Source of the DNA: Candidatus Saccharimonadota bacterium
Lineage (GTDB): Bacteria > Patescibacteriota > Saccharimonadia > Saccharimonadales > Saccharimonadaceae
Assembly (NCBI GenBank): GCA_023898645.1
Contig: CP060232.1
Span: forward strand, 600,001-632,000
Length of the DNA: 32,000 nt
Direction of reading: 5' to 3'
Below are positions 1 to 6,685 of this stretch, in pieces. Below the pieces are notes generated by a model. It made no database searches. It saw only the letters and a program-made list of their open reading frames with translations, and was not told where the DNA came from. Numbering within the stretch: the first letter of the stretch is position 1; every line of letters starts with the position of its first letter. The position numbers and the translations under genes are program-made.

Positions 1-1
1 C

Positions 2-352
2 GGAGTACGTACAACCGCCGTCGATATATTTGTTACAGATATCGAAAAGAGTGAATATGCGATTCAACAGGTTGTCAAAGCCATGCCAACTGGCGCCACC
101 ATGCTCGCTCGGCCGCTCCGTATGACCAAACCAGAGCAGTGGGGTGAAGGAGTCTGGCGAATCACTGTCATAGGTGAAACCACTCCTGGTCGCGAATGGT
201 TAATGGAAAAGTATTTCGTCAACGCCATTACAAAGCTAGACGAAGAGGCCAAAAAAGTCGACAAGTTACTGGCGCTTGAACCAATCGCATATTACGCCGA
301 CCCGGTCGCCGACAAACGCTTCAAACGCGCCGTCCGCGTCAAGAGCACGTAA
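2..352 (+). CDS. 3' end of a CDS truncated by the left window edge; hypothetical protein, probably chromosomal flank
   Basis: The frame of the listed 83..352 ORF stays open back to nt 2 with no stop. TAA at 350-352. No family recognised. A tRNA follows 31 nt downstream. Confidence 0.5.
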   Translation, partial: GVRTTAVDIFVTDIEKSEYAIQQVVKAMPTGATMLARPLRMTKPEQWGEGVWRITVIGETTPGREWLMEKYFVNAITKLDEEAKKVDKLLALEPIAYYADPVADKRFKRAVRVKST

Positions 353-383
353 CCCCATATCTGTGGTACAATATTTTGTGTAA

Positions 384-458
384 AGGGGCATAGTACAACG
401 GCTAGTATAGCGGTCTCCAAAACCGTAGATTGAGGTTCGATTCCTCATGCCCCTGCCA
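384..458 (+). tRNA. tRNA-Trp (anticodon CCA), CCA end encoded
   Basis: Hand-folded cloverleaf. Acceptor stem AGGGGCA/TGCCCCT (7 bp), D stem GTAC/GTAT, anticodon stem GCGGT/ACCGT with loop CTCCAAA (anticodon CCA), T arm TGAGG-TTCGATT-CCTCA, discriminator G, then CCA at 456-458. Confidence 0.9.
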
Positions 459-2036
459 TAATGGATAAAGCGCATTTTCGGCGCTTTTTTCGTTATTTTG
501 ACCCCCGTTATTTTCACTATTTGTAAAAGTTCTATCATTTGATTTTCGTGTTCCTAATAATTCGCGTGTTTTCGAACTATATTTAGCGATCAGTTCAGCA
601 CGATCCTTCAAGCTAACAGATACAGAATCGTTCTTAAACATGATATTTTCGAACAGTTCTATCAAAATCTGGCGTTTCTCATCATCGTCCTTTTCGTCGT
701 AGTATTTAGCTGCTCGTTGCGATAGTTCTAGCATGTATATGCCGCGTCGTTTCCGTTCAGTTACAGTGCTATCAAACGACGCCATGGCAAGCTCTAGGGT
801 TTCAATCTCGTTCATGAATGACTCGTGCTTAGCTTCGTATCGCTCCTGTGTGATGACGCCTGCAAGCTTGTCGTCGTATAGGGCTTCGTCCATAGACTTA
901 ATACGCTCTATGCGCGCCTTCGTGTTCTGTTCGACTTCCGCGCGGTTATCTGCGGCCTTCTCGACATCAGATTGCATGCTCTCAACGACCCACTCTAGAA
1001 TACTCTGAGAAGGGCATAAAAGGCGCTCAAGCTCCTGCTTTACAGCCTCTTGCACTACATCTTCGCGGATATATTTATACTTACGATTCTTGCATCGCTC
1101 ATCACGACGCTGGCAAGCTCCATAATAACGGCCTTTCTGCAGTTGCCATGAAACCTGACTGCCACAAGTCGCACAGGTAACAACTCCTTTTAAAGATACG
1201 TTGTGCCGTACCTGTTTTTTAGGTCGCTTACCGTGCAGCTTATCTTGTACAGCCTCCCACACTTCGCGCCTTACTATTGGTGTTTGAGCACCAGGGTATT
1301 CCTGTCCATTAAAACGATTAATCCCTATGTAAAAGGGATTTAGAAGTATTTTATGTACGTGACTCTCTGGTATCGGTCTACCGTTGCGTGTTGTTAGTCC
1401 AATCTCTCGCATCTTTGCAGCAACAGATTCAATTGATTGGCCGGGTTTTAGGTATAGCTCAAACATCGCCCTGACTGAGTTCATTGTGGTCGGGTTTGGA
1501 ACATGTATACGTTTACCGTGATCAGTTACGGTCATATATCCGACAGGAGGTACGGCCGGTAGCCATCCTTGAGCTAGCTTTTCCGCCCAGCCCTTCATAG
1601 CCTCTTCTCGTAAGTTGTCAGTGTATTTCTTGGCAACAGCTAAGTGGATATTCCACATAAACTTAACGTCAGACTTCGACTCCTTGTGTAGCTGGATGTT
1701 CTCTTTGACGAGATGGAGCATCCGATCAGCGTCTTTACTGAGCCAATCATCAATAGCAACGGCATCCTTCATATTGCGTGTGAGCCTGTCGGTCTTTTCG
1801 ACAGCCAGATGATAGATAGCGTTCTTATTCATGTAGGTTAGAAGTTCCTTGAATATCCTGCGACTCTGTTCTTTTGATGCTGTCTCGGCTATTTTAAATA
1901 TCTTATCGACTATAAAGCCCTTATTGGCACAATATCCTGTGAGGAGCTTTACTTGAGAGTCGAGGGAATACCCCTCGTCCTCCTGCGACTTACTCGATAC
2001 GCGAGCCAATATTACAGCTCTGCTTTTCTTATTCAT
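402..2036 (-). CDS. Large serine recombinase (integrase)
   Basis: N-terminal resolvase-type catalytic region (AVILARVSSKSQEDEGYSLDSQ). Central recombinase domain. Zinc-ribbon cysteines (CATCGS...YYGACQRRDERC). Long coiled-coil tail. The ATG at 2036 (MNKKSRAV) is preferred over the GTG at 2063. The last 19 codons are antisense to the tRNA. Confidence 0.9.
   Translation of the reverse strand: MNKKSRAVILARVSSKSQEDEGYSLDSQVKLLTGYCANKGFIVDKIFKIAETASKEQSRRIFKELLTYMNKNAIYHLAVEKTDRLTRNMKDAVAIDDWLSKDADRMLHLVKENIQLHKESKSDVKFMWNIHLAVAKKYTDNLREEAMKGWAEKLAQGWLPAVPPVGYMTVTDHGKRIHVPNPTTMNSVRAMFELYLKPGQSIESVAAKMREIGLTTRNGRPIPESHVHKILLNPFYIGINRFNGQEYPGAQTPIVRREVWEAVQDKLHGKRPKKQVRHNVSLKGVVTCATCGSQVSWQLQKGRYYGACQRRDERCKNRKYKYIREDVVQEAVKQELERLLCPSQSILEWVVESMQSDVEKAADNRAEVEQNTKARIERIKSMDEALYDDKLAGVITQERYEAKHESFMNEIETLELAMASFDSTVTERKRRGIYMLELSQRAAKYYDEKDDDEKRQILIELFENIMFKNDSVSVSLKDRAELIAKYSSKTRELLGTRKSNDRTFTNSENNGGQNNEKSAENALYPLWQGHEESNLNLRFWRPLY
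468..490 (+). terminator. Rho-independent terminator of tRNA-Trp
   Basis: Stem AAGCGC (468-473) / GCGCTT (481-486), 7-nt loop, then a T run (487-490 and beyond). It starts 10 nt after the tRNA 3' end. Confidence 0.6.
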
Positions 2037-2262
2037 TATCTTTACCCTCCGTGCGTGCAACACCTAAGATATCCCTGTCACCAGCGAGCACCTTATATAC
2101 GGTTATTAGACTCTCTCCGACGTTTTTCGCTTCTTTGTGGGTGACTGGTCGATTCTGCTCAGATTCAAGTATCTGGCGTAGCTCCTCGATACGCTCATTG
2201 TCGACGGTTATAACACCGGCAATTTTTTGCGTGATACCCTTGAATGACTTCTTACTTACCAT
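2029..2262 (-). CDS. Small hypothetical protein directly upstream of the integrase (possible recombination directionality factor)
   Basis: 77-aa ORF with an ATG start. It overlaps the integrase ATG by 8 nt, which suggests translational coupling. No family recognised. Confidence 0.45.
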   Translation of the reverse strand: MVSKKSFKGITQKIAGVITVDNERIEELRQILESEQNRPVTHKEAKNVGESLITVYKVLAGDRDILGVARTEGKDNE

Positions 2263-2331
2263 ATACCCTCCATGAAACGAAAAAGACGCTCCGAGATTGG
2301 CTACGTCTTAATAATTCGACTAGGTACGGGT

Positions 2332-2535
2332 TTATTTATCCCAGGGTCGTCCTGGTTTTGGTCGTTCTTTTAGTTCTTTTTTAACTAAGTCTTTGAGTTG
2401 TTTGTCTCCAGTGCTTGCAAGCAATTGAAGCATCAACTCGCTAAGTGTGAGTCCTTTTTGCTTTGCCACAATCTTCGCTCGCTCACGCAGATCGTCGGTT
2501 ACGCGTATTTGCATGCTGACTATCTTTCTGGACAT
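2332..2535 (-). CDS. Ribbon-helix-helix (CopG/Arc-like) DNA-binding protein
   Basis: N-terminal beta-strand then two helices (MQIRVTDDLRERAKIVAKQKGLTLSELMLQLL), as is typical of RHH repressors. It is the first gene leaving the AT-rich divergent region. Confidence 0.6.
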   Translation of the reverse strand: MSRKIVSMQIRVTDDLRERAKIVAKQKGLTLSELMLQLLASTGDKQLKDLVKKELKERPKPGRPWDK

Positions 2536-2539
2536 TTGT

Positions 2540-2774
2540 CCCTATTCTAACATGTATTACTCTTTAATGATATGCATTCGTATCTAGCCGAATTATTAAC
2601 GTACAACCTCTATATAAATAGTATTACTATTTAACATAAAAAGCAATACTAATTAAACATATTTATGATGTATTATTTACTAACTGTGCATAGGTAGTAA
2701 ACAGGTAATATTTAACAGTAGTATACATTTACTTTTTACTCTCTTCTTATATATACTACGTATAGGAGAGAGAA
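2540..2774. promoter_or_regulatory. AT-rich divergent control region with three imperfect direct repeats
   Basis: Very AT-rich 235-bp spacer between divergent genes. Repeats: GTATTACTATTTAACA (2621-2636), GCAATACTAATTAAACA (2643-2659) and GGTAATATTTAACA (2704-2717). SD GGAGAG at 2765-2770 precedes the GTG at 2775. Confidence 0.5.
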
Positions 2775-3563
2775 GTGGTTATAAGTAGTGAAGAAAGTAA
2801 TCAGAAATTAACTGGTCAACAGCAACGTATTCTAAAGTTATTATTCAAGTTCAGATTTGTATCAGCAGGGTTATTAGCTATGGTTATGGGTATTCGTAGA
2901 GAGGGTGTCTATCAAGTCTTAGAGCAGCTAGTAGGTAAAGGTCTAGTAACAAAGGTATACAAAGAGCAGTGGCGGATAGATCGCAAACCAGCGTACTATT
3001 ATTTGAATAAATCTGGTGTGACAATCACTCGTAAGCTTATGGATGTCAAAGAGTCTGTCGTCCATGCCCTATATAAGAATGATGAGATGACAAATGATTT
3101 TGTCGAGCATAGCCTGAAGCTTATCCGGTGTTACGCATCTATCATGCAGCACCTCCCCGAAGGCTCAGATATATTCTCCAAGACCGAGATTAACCGTTTC
3201 AAACAGTTCCCTAAAAACCGCCCAGACCTGTATATACGCACTCCGGATGGTAAAGAGGCTATTGTGGTCATAGTCGACGACAAGCCCCTCTATATCGTCC
3301 GTAAACGTTTAGATGAGATAGTAGCCCATAGCGAAGATGAAGGCTGGCCGTCCGACAATTACCCGACTATATGCTTTATCCTAAAAGATCATTCTGCTAA
3401 GTATAGCTTTCTCTATACCACCAGCAAGAAACTAGAGAGCATGGGCCTAGAAGAGAGCGAGCTACCAATTCTCGCCGCCACTCTCGGGTCATTCGACGAG
3501 CCCATCTCCTCACCGTGGTCTACACCTCTTAAGCCGAAAGAACACTCTCAGCTGTTTGCATAA
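2775..3563 (+). CDS. Replication-relaxation family protein (N-terminal winged helix)
   Basis: The N-terminus (LTGQQQRILKLLFKFRFVSAGLLAMVMGI...VYQVLEQLVGKGLVTKV) matches the pattern I associate with PF13814-type proteins. A downstream D...VDDK segment could be nuclease-like. GTG start with SD. Confidence 0.55.
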   Translation: MVISSEESNQKLTGQQQRILKLLFKFRFVSAGLLAMVMGIRREGVYQVLEQLVGKGLVTKVYKEQWRIDRKPAYYYLNKSGVTITRKLMDVKESVVHALYKNDEMTNDFVEHSLKLIRCYASIMQHLPEGSDIFSKTEINRFKQFPKNRPDLYIRTPDGKEAIVVIVDDKPLYIVRKRLDEIVAHSEDEGWPSDNYPTICFILKDHSAKYSFLYTTSKKLESMGLEESELPILAATLGSFDEPISSPWSTPLKPKEHSQLFA

Positions 3564-3564
3564 C

Positions 3565-3977
3565 TATCAGGACATGCGCTGACGTGACGATTGCCTGTAA
3601 GCTTGCGCACGGGTAATGGTCACGGCTCTTTCGCCATATAGTAAGTAGCTAATTGATATTTTATTGCTCGGCGAGTGTGGCAGACGTGTACGTTCTGTCC
3701 ACCGGACAGTACGTACCGACTGACGCGCTGGACGCGGCAACTACTAAACAATAATCAACCGATGTCGTGCCGTAGGTACGTCTCTGGTATGGTTCATTCT
3801 TGCACTTGAGGACTTCACTGCGGAACGCATGTGAATGTCCGAGAGGGTAAGTATGGAACATGCCTGTATGTTATTGGTTGGATAGACATTTAAATAGTCC
3901 TTTAGGGCTTTTTAAATGGTCTACCCGCTATATCTTTCCTGGCTCAGGCAGTTTTTCGTCTTGCCTAGGACGGTCAG
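3565..3977. other. Structured non-coding region; candidate oriT or single-strand initiation region
   Basis: About 410 bp without a credible ORF. Hairpins: 3688-3716 (12 bp plus one mismatch, 3-nt loop), 3810-3840 (13 bp, two bulges, GAA loop) and 3884-3922 (11 bp, one bulge). It lies between the replication-relaxation gene and the small-gene block. Confidence 0.35.
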
Positions 3978-4283
3978 CTATAACCCCGGATAGCTCACAA
4001 GCCTACCTATCGTCTCTTCGTTATATTCATCGACAAGCTCCAGTTCGTAAAGCCGCTCATCGTAGTAATCTCGTAGCTCACTTGCCAGCCGAACCAGCTT
4101 CTCATCCATCTCCCAGTCCTCAATGGTGCAGCTGTTGGCAACCGCGCCACGCATCCCGTCGCCTAAGTAATTCTGATAGGCGCTCAAATACTCATCTTCG
4201 TAGCCAAAGTCGCTTAAGTCAAGCTCTACGCCTCCACCGCGGTGACTAATTTCTTCTCGAGTAATGTTTTCTTGAATACTCAT
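3978..4283 (-). CDS. Small strongly acidic protein (candidate DNA mimic or anti-restriction protein)
   Basis: From the ATG at 4283 (SD GGAG 8 nt upstream) the protein is 101 aa with about 25 D/E versus about 8 K/R. The track's longer version starts at a TTG at 4361. It is co-oriented with, and 16-94 nt downstream of, the DUF3768 gene. Confidence 0.55.
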   Translation of the reverse strand: MSIQENITREEISHRGGGVELDLSDFGYEDEYLSAYQNYLGDGMRGAVANSCTIEDWEMDEKLVRLASELRDYYDERLYELELVDEYNEETIGRLVSYPGL

Positions 4284-4376
4284 CTCAAACTCCAATGCTT
4301 TAATTTCTACTAAACCAAAAAGGAGCTGTTTATCGTCCAGCTCCACGACGTAACGCACCAAACTAAAACCGAGGAG

Positions 4377-4709
4377 CTAATACTCCTCGGCTAACATAAT
4401 AGTGAGAACTCGCTGACAGTCCGGATCGAGCGGATCGCACCACTTACTCAAATTCTCATCGTAGTAATCTATCTTCCAGAAGATTTTCTCTCCGGCTACT
4501 TTCAGTGAGCCAAAATCGTGCTCACCGTACGGATCGTTATCTTCGTTAAAGTCCGTATAATCCCTGACACCAACAAATACTTCGTTGGCGGCGGATCCCA
4601 TCGCCACGATTCCTTTCGTGACGGTACAACCTTGCATGCTACGACGATGCTCGTCGTTTAGCGCAGCTATCTTTGCTGACGTTTCGTTTTGTATTACTTC
4701 TGTGGTCAT
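4377..4709 (-). CDS. DUF3768 family protein
   Basis: Motifs NDPYGEHDFG, FWKIDYYD and RVLTIMLAEEY are the ones I recognise for DUF3768 (about 110 aa, plasmid/ICE-borne). Strong SD AAGGAGGG upstream of the ATG. Confidence 0.8.
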   Translation of the reverse strand: MTTEVIQNETSAKIAALNDEHRRSMQGCTVTKGIVAMGSAANEVFVGVRDYTDFNEDNDPYGEHDFGSLKVAGEKIFWKIDYYDENLSKWCDPLDPDCQRVLTIMLAEEY

Positions 4710-4762
4710 ATAACCCTCCTTGCTTAACGAGAGGGCTTTCTCCCTCTCTGTCTGATAGGGCT

Positions 4763-4880
4763 CGGGATGACACCAAAGCTGTCATAGGTGGAGATTCCCA
4801 TTAAGATATTCAATTAAAAGAAAACAACTTATATCTTAGGGCTGAATACTACCTTGATAGCTTTGGTTCACCCGTATACT
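4763..4880 (+). promoter_or_regulatory. Hairpin-promoter module A (long imperfect inverted repeat with -35-like box in the stem and -10-like box at the stem base)
   Basis: 5' arm 4763-4809, loop 4810-4830, 3' arm 4831-4874. TTGATA at 4854-4859, 15-nt spacer, TATACT at 4875-4880. Paralogous to module B. Confidence 0.6.
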
Positions 4881-4929
4881 GAGAAGACAGAGGGAGGAAG
4901 ACTCTTACGGACTAAGGTATAATCAGCAC

Positions 4930-5598
4930 ATGGATATTCCACTTTGGGCTTGGGCCTTAGGCTTTTTAGCGATAATAGCTGTAATCGAGCACTTCTCTGA
5001 AAAGAAAGATCGGTTAAGCGGTGTTGAAAGTAAAAATACAAACAGCGCCGATGATCTAGACCGAATTAGCGGATCCACGCTCGACTCCGTAGATCCTACT
5101 GTCATTCCGCGCAATCCGTGGGATGGCGATATAAATGGTAGAACTGTCGCACAGGGTAGTAGCTGGGATTTACTCAGGAAAGATGTTCTAAGCCGAGATA
5201 GCTACAGGTGTACGAACTGCGGCAGCAGGTCAAACTTGACGGTCGACCACAAGGTGCCACTTAGTCTTGGTGGCACAAACATAATGTCAAACCTAGCCAC
5301 TCTATGTAAAGATTGCCACGAACACAAAGACCAGCGAAAAATATTCGATAAAGCGTTCGATGCAAAAGATGACTACGGCAAAGACCATAGGCTTACTAGA
5401 AAAGTAGAAGTGTTATCGAGGGCCATCAACTCTGGGTCAAGGGTGACGATCGTGTATACCGACTACAAGGGTAACAAGACTAGCCGCATTATCTCTCCGC
5501 GACGATTAGCAAAAGATAAGGGTCGGATATATTGTATAGCGTATTGCCACCTGCGAAATGATAGACGCACTTTTAGACTGTCGCGCCTTGAAGTGTAG
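4930..5598 (+). CDS. Membrane-anchored HNH endonuclease with C-terminal WYL-like domain
   Basis: N-terminal TM helix (IPLWAWALGFLAIIAVIEHF). HNH motif (CTNCGS...LTVDHKVPLSLGGTNIMSNLATLCKDCHEHK). C-terminus VTIVYTDYKG...RIISPRRL...IYCIAYCHLRNDRRTFRLSRL resembles a WYL domain. Confidence 0.75.
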   Translation: MDIPLWAWALGFLAIIAVIEHFSEKKDRLSGVESKNTNSADDLDRISGSTLDSVDPTVIPRNPWDGDINGRTVAQGSSWDLLRKDVLSRDSYRCTNCGSRSNLTVDHKVPLSLGGTNIMSNLATLCKDCHEHKDQRKIFDKAFDAKDDYGKDHRLTRKVEVLSRAINSGSRVTIVYTDYKGNKTSRIISPRRLAKDKGRIYCIAYCHLRNDRRTFRLSRLEV

Positions 5599-5660
5599 CC
5601 ACTAAAATCTGTCCATATCATTTAAAAAGGCAGTTTATTGTCATGCCCAGGACGCCTCAG

Positions 5661-5942
5661 CTAGCGATTAGCCTCGACAATCTCATGCCAGTTCACTCTG
5701 CCGAGTGAGGCGGAGAGCAGGTCGCTCGTCAGGCTAGACTCATCTATGTCGACAATCCAGCGCGCGTACTGCTCAAGCTCTTCAGCTTGCTCATCGCTGT
5801 CGAAGTTCTTGACGATACTACAGAGTTCTTGGTAATAGCATTCGTCACCAGTCAGCCACAGGTTCACCACCCATGTCTCCCGATTACACCACCCGTTATA
5901 CTCGGTGGCTACAGTTGATGTCTCTAGAGCTACGTTTACCAT
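5661..5942 (-). CDS. Small acidic hypothetical protein
   Basis: 93-aa ORF with an ATG start and SD AAGGAG. The motif YNGWCNRETWVVNLWLTGDE recalls small phage/plasmid proteins, but I cannot name a family. Confidence 0.55.
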   Translation of the reverse strand: MVNVALETSTVATEYNGWCNRETWVVNLWLTGDECYYQELCSIVKNFDSDEQAEELEQYARWIVDIDESSLTSDLLSASLGRVNWHEIVEANR

Positions 5943-5982
5943 TTCTTTTCTCCTTTACTTTACGTAACGGAGTTAGGACACG

Positions 5983-6097
5983 GAGTCGCATGGCAAAGGT
6001 GTCACAGGTGGAGATTCCGCTTGAAAATAGCCATTAAAAGATAAGAATATTTTCAGGAGTGAATACTACCTTGACGACTTTGCTCGACTCGTATAAT
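5983..6097 (+). promoter_or_regulatory. Hairpin-promoter module B (paralog of module A)
   Basis: 5' arm 5983-6029, loop 6030-6047, 3' arm 6048-6090. TTGACG at 6071-6076, 15-nt spacer, TATAAT at 6092-6097. About 70 percent identical to module A, with compensatory arm changes. Confidence 0.6.
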
Positions 6098-6213
6098 AGG
6101 TCAGTACGTGAAGTAAGGAGTTTCATTTAACCGTCTGTTACAATACAAGCAGAAGATTCGTGTTTGGCTCGACTGCGAGAAAACAGGAGTCTTCTTTTTG
6201 CTATACTGTAATT

Positions 6214-6405
6214 ATGGAAATAGCAATCGGAATTGGTATCGGTGTCGTCATAGCAGCTTTACTAGGCAAGAAAAAGCGTGGCAAAACGACGCCGTATGAC
6301 CCATCAAAAACAAACACACCTCAAGAAACCCCCGAAGAGCGTAAGCGGCGCGAAACTGACGAGCTGATCACAACGGTATTACCAACCATAAATAACGGTA
6401 AATAG
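6214..6405 (+). CDS. Small single-pass membrane protein with a charged tail
   Basis: MEIAIGIGIGVVIAALLGKKKRGK... The ATG at 6214 lies 6 nt after TGcTATACT (6199-6207), suggesting a leaderless mRNA. The track ORF starts earlier, at the GTG at 6160. Confidence 0.45.
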   Translation: MEIAIGIGIGVVIAALLGKKKRGKTTPYDPSKTNTPQETPEERKRRETDELITTVLPTINNGK

Positions 6406-6415
6406 CCAGATCCCA

Positions 6416-6685
6416 CTAGCTTGCTTCGGGTACGCAGGTGTCCTCACGGCACGGCGCCAGCATAGCGTAGAGACTGAAGTAGAGATAATCACCGTCCAGA
6501 CTATCGATTCGGATCGATTTGAATCGACGTCGCACACGGCCATCATGGCGCTTGCATTTCTCCCAGCCAGCCGGCTCGCACCTGCAGTAGCCGCGTGCGG
6601 CTTGCGCCGGATTTTTATCATCAACTATAAAGCCACGGAACTCTCCGCACACTTCACACTTGGTTATTTCTGTAGATATATTCAT
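6416..6685 (-). CDS. Small Cys-rich (putative zinc-binding) hypothetical protein
   Basis: 89 aa with CEVC, CRC and further Cys. ATG start with SD AAAGGGA. No family recognised. Confidence 0.45.
   Translation of the reverse strand: MNISTEITKCEVCGEFRGFIVDDKNPAQAARGYCRCEPAGWEKCKRHDGRVRRRFKSIRIDSLDGDYLYFSLYAMLAPCREDTCVPEAS

Noticed and set aside
64-538. ORFs 64..264 (-) and 266..538 (-) around the tRNA.
   Set aside because: The first is antisense to the open frame entering from the window edge. The second spans the tRNA-Trp gene and its terminator, so neither is credible as coding.
2285-2295. The 11-mer GACGCTCCGAG is shared between the weak hairpin at 2283-2310 and the strong terminator at 22717-22752, which could have been element-end repeats.
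   Set aside because: Only 11 nt match, the flanks are unrelated, and both copies sit inside stem contexts of local hairpins. This is most likely coincidence and not att or terminal repeats.
3661-4249. ORFs 3661..3861 (-) and 3860..4249 (+) in or next to the non-coding region.
   Set aside because: They have no ribosome-binding site and an odd Cys/Ser/Arg-rich composition. The plus-strand ORF is antisense to the better-supported acidic protein gene. The region is better explained as structured non-coding DNA.
4763-6097. Reading the two long hairpins as ordinary rho-independent terminators.
   Set aside because: The stems are far too long (about 45 bp) and imperfect, and no T-tract follows on either strand. 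They lie upstream, not downstream, of the flanking genes in both directions. A MITE origin remains a live alternative and is listed as a refutation test.
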